A stretch of DNA of 64,000 nt from Candidatus Doudnabacteria bacterium (GTDB lineage Bacteria > Patescibacteriota > Doudnabacteria > UBA920), in the NCBI GenBank assembly GCA_016788665.1, contig JAEUSF010000006.1, forward strand, positions 4,401 to 68,400. The letters run 5' to 3'. The position numbers and the translations under genes were made by a program. Positions 55,932-64,000 of this stretch are shown here, in pieces; position 1 is the first letter of the stretch, and each line of letters opens with the position of its first letter. The notes beneath the pieces were generated by a model. It worked only from the letters and a program-made list of their open reading frames with translations, had not been told where the DNA came from and ran no database searches.

Positions 55932-56948
55932 TTAGCCGATCAAACTAACCATTTCTACCAACCTGTTACTATAGCCAAACTCGTTGTCATACCAAGCCAC
56001 TACCTTCACAAAATTCCCGTCCACAACCTGGGTTAAGGACAAATCTACAATTGAAGATGCCGGGTTACCTACTATGTCTTGCAAAACTAAAGGCTCTTTT
56101 GAAACTTCTAAAATTCCTTTATACCTTACCTCTTTTGAAGCTTCTATAAATGCCTCATTAACTTCGTCTTTAGTTACATTCTTTTTTAAAAGTAAAGTAA
56201 AATCTGACAAACTGCCCACCGGAGTCGGTACTCGAAAAGAAACTCCGTCAAACTTACCTTTTAGACTCGGTATAGCCTGTGTTGCGGAAATTGCTGCACC
56301 TGTTGTTGTCGGTATTATATTCACTGCCGCTGCTCTTGCACGACGCAGGTCGTTTGACTTACCGCCCGGCGGAGGCCCGTCCACTAAATTCTGTTCCGCA
56401 GTATAACTGTGAATAGTAGACATTAGCGCCTTTTCCACTCCAAATATTCTATGCATTATTTCTAGAACCGGCGCAATACAATTGGTAGTACAAGAGGCGT
56501 TGCTTATTATTGCCTGTTTATGATATTCCTGGTTATTTACCCCCAAAACTATTGTCGGGGTTATGCCCTCATCTTTAGCAGGAGCACTTATAATAACTTT
56601 TTTGGCGCCTGCCTTAATATGTGCGCTAGCCTTTTCACTGTCCGTAAACCTGCCAGTCGACTCTATAACCACATCTACAGAAAGCTGCCCCCAAGGCAGT
56701 GCGGTCGGATCTTTCTCTGCAAAAACTTGGTACTTTTTTCCGTCAACAATTATATTATGAGCGTCAAAAGAAATATCATATGAAGACCTGCCGTAGTTAC
56801 TGTCATACTTAAGCAAATGAGCCAAAACGTCCGTTCCTGTCAGGTCATTTATCCCAACGACTTCAATATCTGGTTTTTCCAAGGCAATCTTAAACGCCTG
56901 TCTTCCAATACGACCAAAACCGTTAATAGCTAATCTAATCTGACTCAT
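55932..56948 (-). CDS. gap: glyceraldehyde-3-phosphate dehydrogenase
   Basis: INGFGRIGR NAD-binding, catalytic SNASCTTNCIAP. Confidence 0.95.
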   Translation of the reverse strand: MSQIRLAINGFGRIGRQAFKIALEKPDIEVVGINDLTGTDVLAHLLKYDSNYGRSSYDISFDAHNIIVDGKKYQVFAEKDPTALPWGQLSVDVVIESTGRFTDSEKASAHIKAGAKKVIISAPAKDEGITPTIVLGVNNQEYHKQAIISNASCTTNCIAPVLEIMHRIFGVEKALMSTIHSYTAEQNLVDGPPPGGKSNDLRRARAAAVNIIPTTTGAAISATQAIPSLKGKFDGVSFRVPTPVGSLSDFTLLLKKNVTKDEVNEAFIEASKEVRYKGILEVSKEPLVLQDIVGNPASSIVDLSLTQVVDGNFVKVVAWYDNEFGYSNRLVEMVSLIG

Positions 56949-57001
56949 ATTTTTAAAAGTTAATTATTCGTATTCTTACCGCAAACTTTAAATAAAGTTT
57001 G

Positions 57002-57036
57002 TAATTTCTAATTTGAAATTTTGAATTTGACATTCC
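57002..57036. repeat. heptad array TAATTTC-TAATTTG-AAATTTT-GAATTTG-ACATTCC between gap and the pfkB-family gene, preceded by palindrome CAAACTTTAAATAAAGTTTG (56982-57001)
   Basis: Read directly; the array abuts the pfkB-family stop codon. Confidence 0.8.
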
Positions 57037-58073
57037 TAGTCATTCTTCTTACTAACTAAATTTAAAACCTCTTGCTTTATTTTTTCACTGCTTATTACCA
57101 CAATCTTAAAGCTTTTCATTTTCTTTAGCCTTGTCTCTATTTCATGCATAGTAAGCAAACCTGCCTGCGGTCCAACTTGCTGTACCACACTGCCAGCATT
57201 TACCGGACCCCAAGTCAGCGCCTCCTTATGAGACTTGCCGTGCACCAACCCTGCAATATAGGCAGTAGTAAAACTATCCCCAGCTCCGGTAGCTTCAAGC
57301 CTAGGCCCTGGATATTCCGGACAATAATAAAACCCTTCTTGGCTAAAACTATACGCCCCTTTTCTCCCATCAGTTAAAGCAATAGCTTTAGGACCCAATT
57401 CCATTAAAGCCTGGCATAACTTTTCCGGATCTCTACCCAAATCGCCTACCCAGCTTTGAGCTTCCTCTACATTTAATGATAGCACGGTGGTCCTCTTAAG
57501 CATTTCGGAGTTAAACTTTGGGCCCTTCCTTAGTTGAAAAGTGCCTGGATTGAAACCGAGGCTTACCTTATATTTGTCCAAATATTTTGCCAAATCTTTA
57601 TAAATTTTTTCAAAACCTTCGCCCATGCTAGTTAAATACACCCAGTGAGCCGGAACTAAATTCGGCAGCTTGTAATTTCTGTGCTCATGGTGAACCAAGA
57701 TTGTTCGTTCCCCGTCATAACTTATAACAAAAGATGCATTAGTCCCCTGCTTTTCGTCTATTACAATATACCTGTCAGATACACCTTCTTTTTTCAATTT
57801 ATAAATTATTTCCCTACCGCCTGCGTCATGCGCCAAAACAGTATAATAAGCCGCCTTAAGCCCTAAACGGGCACTCCCCACCGCATTGTTCGCCGCATTT
57901 CCCGCCACTGTTCTATACATTTTATCTACAGGCAGTTTATCACCCCAATTCAAAATAGCTTTTTGCTTACCCTCGATATTTTTAATTTCAATATCGTGAA
58001 TAAATAAAAAGGTATCTATAGTTGCGTCACCAATTGAGATAATGTCAAGCATTTTTTCGCTTATATAAGTCAC
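57036..58073 (-). CDS. PfkB-family carbohydrate kinase (ribokinase-like)
   Basis: N-terminal sugar-binding segment, GG dipeptide region, C-terminal GAGDSF anion hole; GTG start, or ATG at 58052. Confidence 0.75.
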   Translation of the reverse strand: MTYISEKMLDIISIGDATIDTFLFIHDIEIKNIEGKQKAILNWGDKLPVDKMYRTVAGNAANNAVGSARLGLKAAYYTVLAHDAGGREIIYKLKKEGVSDRYIVIDEKQGTNASFVISYDGERTILVHHEHRNYKLPNLVPAHWVYLTSMGEGFEKIYKDLAKYLDKYKVSLGFNPGTFQLRKGPKFNSEMLKRTTVLSLNVEEAQSWVGDLGRDPEKLCQALMELGPKAIALTDGRKGAYSFSQEGFYYCPEYPGPRLEATGAGDSFTTAYIAGLVHGKSHKEALTWGPVNAGSVVQQVGPQAGLLTMHEIETRLKKMKSFKIVVISSEKIKQEVLNLVSKKND

Positions 58074-58093
58074 AGAGGACGGCCCTCTATAAT

Positions 58094-58128
58094 TATTTGA
58101 AATTTGTTATTTGTTATTTGGAATTTTT
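58094..58128. repeat. heptad array TATTTGA-AATTTGT-TATTTGT-TATTTGG-AATTTTT overlapping the tkt C-subunit stop, upstream of the pfkB-family gene
   Basis: Read directly. Confidence 0.8.
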
Positions 58129-59094
58129 TCTAGATATTACTTTTCTGATAGCAGCTTTTATTGACTTAATTCCCATACAATACTTTTCTATTAACTCCTC
58201 AGGCTGACCAGACTCTCCAAATGAATTAGGCATGCCTACCATTTCAACCGGCACAGGAAAATTTTGGGCCAATACTTCACACACAGCGCTACCACACCCA
58301 GCCATCGTTTGATGCTCTTCCACAGTTACCACGGCCTTACATTTTTTCGCAGCTTCAATAATTGTTTCCGAATCTATAGGCTTTATTGTGTGGTTATTTA
58401 TAACCATGCAACTTACGTTTTCCTTTTCCATTTCCGCCGCAGCAACCAGCGCATTGTAAAGCACTGGCCCGCTCCCAATAATTACCACATCCGAACCGTC
58501 CTTGAAAACCTCAGCTTTTCCTACAGTAAATGAAGAACTGTTTGTCGTAATAATTGGCGTCTTAGAACGACCGAGACGAAAGTAAGCTGGACCGGCCATC
58601 TTTCCCAAAGCAACCGTTGCTTTTCTGGCTTCCAGGGCATCACAAGGCACAACAACAGTCAAATTGGGCAACACTCGGGTAATAGCAACATCTTCTAAAG
58701 CTTGATGAGTGGCTCCATCGGGCCCAACCGTAACACCTGTATGAGCTCCAGCTATTTTTACATTTGCCATACTATAACAAACACTTACCCTTAATTGGTC
58801 CCAATTCCGTCCCGGGGAAAAAGTAGCGTAAGAAGAAACAAATGGCACTTTACCATATAAAGCCAGACCTGCTGCAACACCCATCATGTTCTGCTCAGCT
58901 ACACCGCATTCCACAAACCTTTCGGGATACTTTTTAGCAAAATCTAATACCATAGTGCTTTCAGCCAAGTCAGCCGTTAAAACTACAACATTTTCATCTA
59001 TTGCTGCCAAATCTAAAAGCCCTAAGCCGTAACCTTTGCGCGTTGGCTCTTGCTCAATATCACTATTTCCAATTTTGGGATTCAAATAAGTCAT
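58114..59094 (-). CDS. transketolase, C-terminal (pyrimidine-binding plus C-terminal) subunit
   Basis: Split-transketolase C half with conserved Pyr-domain motifs. Confidence 0.85.
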   Translation of the reverse strand: MTYLNPKIGNSDIEQEPTRKGYGLGLLDLAAIDENVVVLTADLAESTMVLDFAKKYPERFVECGVAEQNMMGVAAGLALYGKVPFVSSYATFSPGRNWDQLRVSVCYSMANVKIAGAHTGVTVGPDGATHQALEDVAITRVLPNLTVVVPCDALEARKATVALGKMAGPAYFRLGRSKTPIITTNSSSFTVGKAEVFKDGSDVVIIGSGPVLYNALVAAAEMEKENVSCMVINNHTIKPIDSETIIEAAKKCKAVVTVEEHQTMAGCGSAVCEVLAQNFPVPVEMVGMPNSFGESGQPEELIEKYCMGIKSIKAAIRKVISRKNSK

Positions 59095-59336
59095 TTCCTT
59101 TTATATTGATTTTCTCCTGTCACCATTTTACGTCTCACCACCATCTGCCTATTAAACTCAGGCTCCTTTAAACCATACCCTTCTGCTAATATCAAATAAT
59201 CCACCCGTGAATTGCATTGTCTTAACTCTTCTTCTAATTTGGTCAAAGCCTCTTCGGGTTCTTTTGCTCTTGCAGAAACCCACTCGACTATAATACTTTC
59301 TGCGTACGAGCTATTAAAATTTTCTTCTTCAGTCAT
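59091..59336 (-). CDS. small acidic hypothetical protein between the two tkt halves
   Basis: 81 aa; overlaps tktC by ATGA; no family recognised. Confidence 0.35.
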   Translation of the reverse strand: MTEEENFNSSYAESIIVEWVSARAKEPEEALTKLEEELRQCNSRVDYLILAEGYGLKEPEFNRQMVVRRKMVTGENQYKRK

Positions 59337-59380
59337 AATTCCTAATTCCTAATTCTAAATCTTACATCTTACATCTTACA
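59337..59380. repeat. two adjacent heptad arrays, (AATTCCT)x2.5 then (ATCTTAC)x3, filling the intergenic gap between the tkt N-subunit stop and the small ORF start
   Basis: Read directly. Confidence 0.9.
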
Positions 59381-60232
59381 TTACTTATGCTCGCTATCTA
59401 TCTGACCTCTTAAAGTCCTTAATTCCTCTAGAGCTACTTTTGCCTGCTCCTTATTTGGCGGACTACCGTGCCATTTAAAATCACCTTCCATAAAATCCAC
59501 GCCCTTCCCAGGTATAGTATGCGCAATTATCACCGTTGGTTTTTCATAAATGGCTTTTGCTTCCATACATGCGTTTATAATAGCTTGATGATTATGTCCA
59601 TCCACCTCCAAAACATGCCAATTAAAAGCTTCGTATTTGGCTTTTAAATTATCTAAAGGCATAACATCCTCTGTGTAACCGTCTATTTGTATATTATTGC
59701 GATCAATTATTGCCGTAAGATTATGAAGTTTGTACTTTCCTGCAAACATAATCGCTTCCCAAACCTGACCTTCCTGCTGCTCGCCGTCAGACATAATTAA
59801 ATAAACCCTCTGAGACTTTTTTCTGTCCATATAAAGTCCGTAGGCCATACCAACCGCCTGACTTGCTCCTTGTGCTAAGGGTCCTGAAGAAGTTTCTATC
59901 CCAGGCAAGCTTAAATTATGCGGGTGGCCGTGCAAACGGGTTCCAAATTTTCTTAAAGTTTTAAGTTCATCTTTCATAAAATAACCTGCCTCCGCCAAAC
60001 TTGCATATAAAACGGGACATATATGCCCACACGACAAAACTAACCTATCACGTTCTTCTAGCTTGGGTCTTTTTGGGTCATGATTCAGGACACTAAAATA
60101 CAAACAAGCAAAAATATCGGCCATACCTAAAGGCCCGGCACTATGTCCGCTACCTGCTTCTAAAAGCATTTGCACTATATCTTGCCGTATATCGTTGGCT
60201 TTGTATTTTATTTCGTTTATAGATAACTTCAT
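59381..60232 (-). CDS. transketolase, N-terminal (TPP-binding) subunit
   Basis: GSGHSAGPLGMADI..., GDG-type TPP/metal-binding region. Confidence 0.85.
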   Translation of the reverse strand: MKLSINEIKYKANDIRQDIVQMLLEAGSGHSAGPLGMADIFACLYFSVLNHDPKRPKLEERDRLVLSCGHICPVLYASLAEAGYFMKDELKTLRKFGTRLHGHPHNLSLPGIETSSGPLAQGASQAVGMAYGLYMDRKKSQRVYLIMSDGEQQEGQVWEAIMFAGKYKLHNLTAIIDRNNIQIDGYTEDVMPLDNLKAKYEAFNWHVLEVDGHNHQAIINACMEAKAIYEKPTVIIAHTIPGKGVDFMEGDFKWHGSPPNKEQAKVALEELRTLRGQIDSEHK

Positions 60233-60354
60233 AATATTGAAGCAACCTCTCCCTGCCCTCTCCTAAAAAGGAGAGGGAAAGGCTACAACTGCATTCCTCT
60301 CCCCTCCTAGAATAGGAGGGGTGTCCCGATTTATCGGGACGGGGTGGTAGAGAC

Positions 60355-60689
60355 CTACGATAAATACCTTTTTATTTCTTGAACAACTCCATTTAAATCA
60401 CTTAATACTTCTTTATTTTGGAATCTAATTATTTTAATACCCTGACTCTCTATAAACCCTGCGCGTTTTATATCATTCTGATAGCTTACAGCATTATCAT
60501 GAGTAGAGCCATCTAGCTCAATTCCCAAACGTAACTCTGGGCAATAAAAATCTAAAGAATAAATTCCTACACCATATTGCCTTCTAAACTTTTTACCTAG
60601 TTTATTACCTTTTAATTGTCTCCAAAGTATAATTTCCGGAAGGCCAAGGTTGTTTCTGAGTTTTTGCCTTAGGCCTTTTTAATTAGCAT
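60355..60689 (-). pseudogene. DUF559 (Vsr-like restriction-endonuclease-fold) gene with an N-terminal frameshift
   Basis: Minus-strand translation LRNNLGLPEIILWRQLKGNKLGKKFRRQYGVGIYSLDFYCPELRLGIELDGSTHDNAVSYQNDIKRAGFIESQGIKIIRFQNKEVL matches DUF559; the only ATG (MLIKKA, 60689) is in another frame and hits a stop after 6 codons; one frame change would restore a ~113-aa protein. Confidence 0.65.
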
Positions 60690-60846
60690 TGTTGTATAAG
60701 TAGTCCATACTCTACCACCTCCCGTCGCTAGCGCGACGTACTCCTCCTGTTCCAAGAGGAGAATACTGCAACAGCTTTCTTTCTAATACAGAATTCCAAT
60801 TTTACTTTACTTAATAAAATACTTCTTTTTTATCTTTTAGGTTACA

Positions 60847-61482
60847 TTAATTGGCATTCAACTTTTCAAAAGCCTCTTTTGGGTTTTCAGTTTTTACAAT
60901 AGCACTACCCACAACAATTAAATCTGCACCTGCCTCTTTTATACTTTTTATATTAGTTTCATTGACGCCACCGTCTATTTCTATTATAGCATGCGGCAGT
61001 AAAGCTTTAAGCTCTTTGATTCGTTCGAGAGTTTCCGGAAAAAAAGGAGAGCCTTGAAACCCAGGCTTAATTCCCATTAACTGAAAATTTTTCAAAAATA
61101 CGTAATCCGTCAAATATGACACAGGAGTGTCTAAATTCAAACAAACAGCAGGCTCTAACCCTAAATCTTGAATTTGCTTTAGGGCTTGGGTTAATAAATT
61201 CTTATTGGAATAAGCCTCATAATGCAAAACTACCTTTTTGAATCCACAAATCTTGTAATCTAAAAAATCTTTAGGCTCTTCGCACATAATATGAGCTTCC
61301 CAAATAAAGGCAGGATTTAACGCATCAATTTCAGCTACGGGAAGTAAGGTGTTGGGAACAAATTTTCCATCAGCAAAGTCCACCTGGATTCTTTCGACAC
61401 CAGGAATTTTTGTAACCAAAGAAGAGGTGGCAGAAAATTTTTCTTTAGTTTGCTCTAAAATTGCCGGAATAATAATAGCCAT
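60847..61482 (-). CDS. rpe: ribulose-phosphate 3-epimerase
   Basis: VDFADGKFVPN, ..HIMCE.., IEIDGGVN TIM-barrel motifs. Confidence 0.85.
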   Translation of the reverse strand: MAIIIPAILEQTKEKFSATSSLVTKIPGVERIQVDFADGKFVPNTLLPVAEIDALNPAFIWEAHIMCEEPKDFLDYKICGFKKVVLHYEAYSNKNLLTQALKQIQDLGLEPAVCLNLDTPVSYLTDYVFLKNFQLMGIKPGFQGSPFFPETLERIKELKALLPHAIIEIDGGVNETNIKSIKEAGADLIVVGSAIVKTENPKEAFEKLNAN

Positions 61483-61487
61483 ATTTC

Positions 61488-61943
61488 CTAATTCCTATTT
61501 TCTAATTCTATAGAATTAATCTTTTCTATTCTCTTCACATGTCTGGCACCTTCAAAACCCGTCTCAATCCATAAATCCACAGCTCTCATAGCTTCTTCGG
61601 CTGTTATAAAATGCGCGCCCAAAGAAATCACATTAGCATTGTTATGCTGGCGAGAAAGCTTAACAACTTCCTCCGGACCTCCATAAAAGACCGCAGCTCT
61701 TACACCCTTTGCTTTATTAGCAACTACGGCTTCTCCCTGCCCGCTATAACCTATGACAATACCCATACTACCAGCTTTGTGCCCAACTTTTACCGCACAC
61801 GGATAAACAAAGTCAGGGTAATCGTCTTCGTGTTTGTATTCAAAAGGCCCGCAGTCTTCTACAGACTGCCCCGACGTCTTTAAATGGTCAATTAACTTGT
61901 TTTTCAATTCAAATCCTGCGTGGTCTGAGGCGATATAGATCAT
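61488..61943 (-). CDS. rpiB: ribose-5-phosphate isomerase B
   Basis: MIYIASDHAGFELK.., GIVIGYSGQG.., RpiB/LacAB family. Confidence 0.85.
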   Translation of the reverse strand: MIYIASDHAGFELKNKLIDHLKTSGQSVEDCGPFEYKHEDDYPDFVYPCAVKVGHKAGSMGIVIGYSGQGEAVVANKAKGVRAAVFYGGPEEVVKLSRQHNNANVISLGAHFITAEEAMRAVDLWIETGFEGARHVKRIEKINSIELENRN

Positions 61944-61997
61944 TTTAGCTATTAGCTAGTAGCAAGTAGCGTGTAGCACTGCTAGCTACTAGCTACT
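61944..61997. repeat. heptad array TTTAGCT-ATTAGCT-AGTAGCA-AGTAGCG-TGTAGCA followed by inverted copy GCTAGCTACTAGCTACT, abutting the rpiB start
   Basis: Read directly; AGTAGC units are related to the AGTAGTR family. Confidence 0.85.
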
Positions 61998-62006
61998 CCC
62001 TACAAA

Positions 62007-62690
62007 CTATAGATTAATAATTTTATTAAAATAACTTGGAACCAAGCTGGCACCACCCACCAATAAACCATCCACATTCCTTTGTGCCAAGAACCCTTGG
62101 GCATTACTTGGGTTAACACTACCTCCATAAAGAACTTTTTCTACACCATAGCGGTTTTTTATAAACAAAGCAATTTTTTCAGTATGATCTGGCGTAGCCG
62201 TTTTACCACTCCCAATTGCCCATACCGGTTCATACGCAACCACAACTTTTTCGGCCTCCAGCCCTGCCAAACCTAAGTCTAACTGATTTTTTATAATATC
62301 GGTCACCTCCATGTCGTCCTGCAAAACAGTTGTTTTGTACCCAACACATAAAACAGGAACAATATTGTTCGCCAAAGCAAGCCTAATCTTGGCGTTTACC
62401 ATATGATCATCATCACCCGCAAAACGTCTTTCACTATGCCCAACCAAAACATACTTAATTTTAAAATTTTTAAGTTGTAAGGGGCTGACCTGCCCGGTGA
62501 AAGCACCTTTCTCTTCCCAAAAACAATCTTGCGCACCTAAATTTGGATACTTCACCGAAGACAAAAAGACATGAGGCGGACACAATACCACAGTATTTTT
62601 TTTTGTCTTTTCTATTAAAGAAGTAAGCTTAACAGCTTCTTTTAAACTTACCGGATTTAATTTCCAATTTCCAATTATTAATTTTTTCAT
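62007..62690 (-). CDS. tpiA: triosephosphate isomerase
   Basis: IIGNWKLN, catalytic VGHSERR and AYEPVWAIGSG motifs. Confidence 0.9.
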   Translation of the reverse strand: MKKLIIGNWKLNPVSLKEAVKLTSLIEKTKKNTVVLCPPHVFLSSVKYPNLGAQDCFWEEKGAFTGQVSPLQLKNFKIKYVLVGHSERRFAGDDDHMVNAKIRLALANNIVPVLCVGYKTTVLQDDMEVTDIIKNQLDLGLAGLEAEKVVVAYEPVWAIGSGKTATPDHTEKIALFIKNRYGVEKVLYGGSVNPSNAQGFLAQRNVDGLLVGGASLVPSYFNKIINL

Positions 62691-62785
62691 TTTTTATTCT
62701 TTAACTGTTTTAAAAACATTTTTATTTTGCAAGCAGATACTACAATATTTTACTAACTTTGACCACGTAAACTTAATCTTGTTAA

Positions 62786-62820
62786 CTTACTTCTTACTTC
62801 CTAATTCTTCATTTACCTAA
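62786..62820. repeat. heptad array CTTACTT-CTTACTT-CCTAATT-CTTCATT-TACCTAA overlapping the galT stop codon
   Basis: Read directly. Confidence 0.85.
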
Positions 62821-63827
62821 TCCCCTCTCAAAAACTTTGCAGTTACTTCAGGCGGTATGGGGTTAACAGGAATCCCTGTCGCATACTCAAAACCTGCCCA
62901 TGTGGTAATACGAGGAAATATAGTCAAATGCCACCTGAAAGCCTGTTCATTATAAGTCTTACTCTCTTTTCTTAGAGGCATATTGTGAACATAAAAATTC
63001 AAAGGTGGATCTGAAAGTTTTGTATACAGCTGTCCCAAAGTCACCTTTAAAACAAAGGATAAATGTTTTATTTCATCTTCCGTCATATCTTCAAACCTGG
63101 CTGACTGCCTTTTTGGAATTATCCAAGTTTCAAACGGCTGACGCGAAGCATAAGCAGACAAAATAACAAAATGATCGCTCTCGTGCAAAATTCTATCTTT
63201 AACTTTTAATTCTTCCTTTAAAATATCTCCGTAAATATCCGTACCGTGAATACCGTAATAATGCTGACAGCCCATTATTTCGTTATGAATGTGGGGTGGC
63301 ACTATAGGGGTTGCTAAAAGTTGGTAGTGCGGATGCACAATCGAAGCGCCTGCGTCGCGCCCATGGTTATGAAATAACTGCACATAAGCCAATTCCCCAT
63401 GCCTCGAAAGCTCATTAATTCTTCTTATAAAAACTTTTAAAGTACTTTCGACTATTGAAATAGACTGCAGAGCAACAGGCTCGTTGTGTTTTCTTGTTAT
63501 TATAACTTCATGGTCTCCGTCACCCGAATGAGAAAAATAAAATTCTTTATGACTATAAGCAGTTGCGTGCTCTAAAGCCGCAAACTTATTAGGAATTATG
63601 CGAATCTCCCACTGATCAGATCTTAAATCGAGCAAATTTCCCTCCTGGTCAAACCTTTCTATTTCCGGATTTAGACTTTCATTACCAGGACAAAACACGC
63701 AAGTCTTATCATGCTCAGGTACACCATGCATTACGCTATATGTTTTGTACTCATCAGGCCTCTTATTCCTACCAGGAGCTATAAGCACCCAAGATTTGGT
63801 TATTGGATTTTGCCGAAATTCTGACAT
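62817..63827 (-). CDS. galT: galactose-1-phosphate uridylyltransferase (HIT superfamily)
   Basis: Zn-binding Cys/His N-terminal region and HPHYQ (HxHxQ-type) active-site motif. Confidence 0.7.
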   Translation of the reverse strand: MSEFRQNPITKSWVLIAPGRNKRPDEYKTYSVMHGVPEHDKTCVFCPGNESLNPEIERFDQEGNLLDLRSDQWEIRIIPNKFAALEHATAYSHKEFYFSHSGDGDHEVIITRKHNEPVALQSISIVESTLKVFIRRINELSRHGELAYVQLFHNHGRDAGASIVHPHYQLLATPIVPPHIHNEIMGCQHYYGIHGTDIYGDILKEELKVKDRILHESDHFVILSAYASRQPFETWIIPKRQSARFEDMTEDEIKHLSFVLKVTLGQLYTKLSDPPLNFYVHNMPLRKESKTYNEQAFRWHLTIFPRITTWAGFEYATGIPVNPIPPEVTAKFLRGD

Positions 63828-63830
63828 ATA

Positions 63831-63880
63831 AGTAGTAAGTAGTAAGTAGTAAGTAGTAAGTTTGATACCTACTACTTACT
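63831..63880. repeat. (AGTAGTA)x4 heptad array abutting the galT start, with inverted copy TACTACTTACTA (63868-63880) forming a potential hairpin over the ruvX stop
   Basis: Read directly. Confidence 0.9.
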
Positions 63881-64000
63881 ATTTATTTCTGTCTAAATAA
63901 TTTTGTAAAAATATTTGCGCCGCTAAACTATCAACTTGTTTTTTTCCACCAGGTAATTTTTTTGCCATGGAGGAGCTAAGTCTCTCGTCTTGCGTTTTAA
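63879..64000 (-). CDS. ruvX: Holliday-junction resolvase-like YqgF/RuvX, C-terminal fragment (gene start beyond window)
   Basis: Minus-strand ..MAKKLPGGKKQVDSLAAQIFLQNYLDRNK* resembles the RuvX C-terminus (..KKEVDSEAAVIILESY.. in E. coli, recalled from memory). Confidence 0.45.
   Translation of the reverse strand, partial: KTQDERLSSSMAKKLPGGKKQVDSLAAQIFLQNYLDRNK

Noticed and set aside
1-64000. CRISPR array search
   Set aside because: No run of regularly spaced 24-40-nt direct repeats with unique spacers; the tandem repeats present have 7-nt units without spacers.

Overview
This 64-kb window comes from a low-GC bacterial genome whose native genes mostly lack Shine-Dalgarno (SD) motifs. It has small genes, a split transketolase and many small hypothetical membrane proteins, so a reduced-genome lineage such as CPR/Patescibacteria is possible, but the sequence alone cannot assign it.

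Housekeeping content I can support:
- partial scpB, a ROK kinase, two glycoside hydrolases (clan GH-A and a GH1 beta-glucosidase), lexA, a Dus tRNA-dihydrouridine synthase, rplJ-rplL;
- an ApbE / FMN-binding / ferredoxin-NADP+ reductase (FNR)-like membrane oxidoreductase trio, an ECF sigma factor with an anti-sigma-like partner, and a divisome (dcw) cluster mraZ-rsmH-ftsL-ftsI;
- a sensor histidine kinase with a single-domain response regulator, dinB, mreB, rnhA, recJ;
- a minus-strand central-carbon cluster: gpmI, pgk, gap, a PfkB kinase, split tkt, rpe, rpiB, tpiA, galT;
- two tRNAs, tRNA-Glu(CUC) and tRNA-Gln(UUG).

Superimposed on this are several unusual layers:
1. At least 10 conspicuously GC-rich genes, each with an AGGAGG-type SD (AAGGAGG or close variant) and often a near-consensus sigma70 promoter. 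Most are small secreted proteins. They include a DNPH1/Rcl-like 2'-deoxynucleoside-5'-phosphate N-glycosidase and a secreted beta-helix-like protein, in an islet abutting tRNA-Gln.
2. Two GIY-YIG nuclease genes each paired with a tRNA gene. One carries a 1-nt frameshift. tRNA-Gln sits inside a 20-bp perfect inverted repeat and is flanked by 23-nt direct repeats that carry duplicated tRNA-end fragments.
3. A GTCCCGA..TCGGGAC hairpin that recurs next to three selfish-nuclease ORFs (GIY-YIG twice, and a DUF559 pseudogene flanked by inverted repeats).
4. Heptanucleotide tandem-repeat arrays (AGTAGTR, TTGTAAT and AATTCCT/ATCTTAC families) placed exactly at gene junctions and 5' UTRs, and also inside coding sequences.
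5. A 40-nt perfect palindrome present twice.

Candidate regulatory sites are also visible: LexA-box candidates upstream of lexA and dinB, and an MraZ GTGG repeat array. A lone RecT recombinase and a pair of lycopene-cyclase-domain proteins round out the oddities.

No CRISPR array, transposase, rRNA gene, or recognisable tmRNA/RNase P/SRP RNA was found. The ORF track uses ATG/GTG/TTG starts and often picks the longest ORF, so several starts below were moved to downstream ATGs; start positions are approximate.
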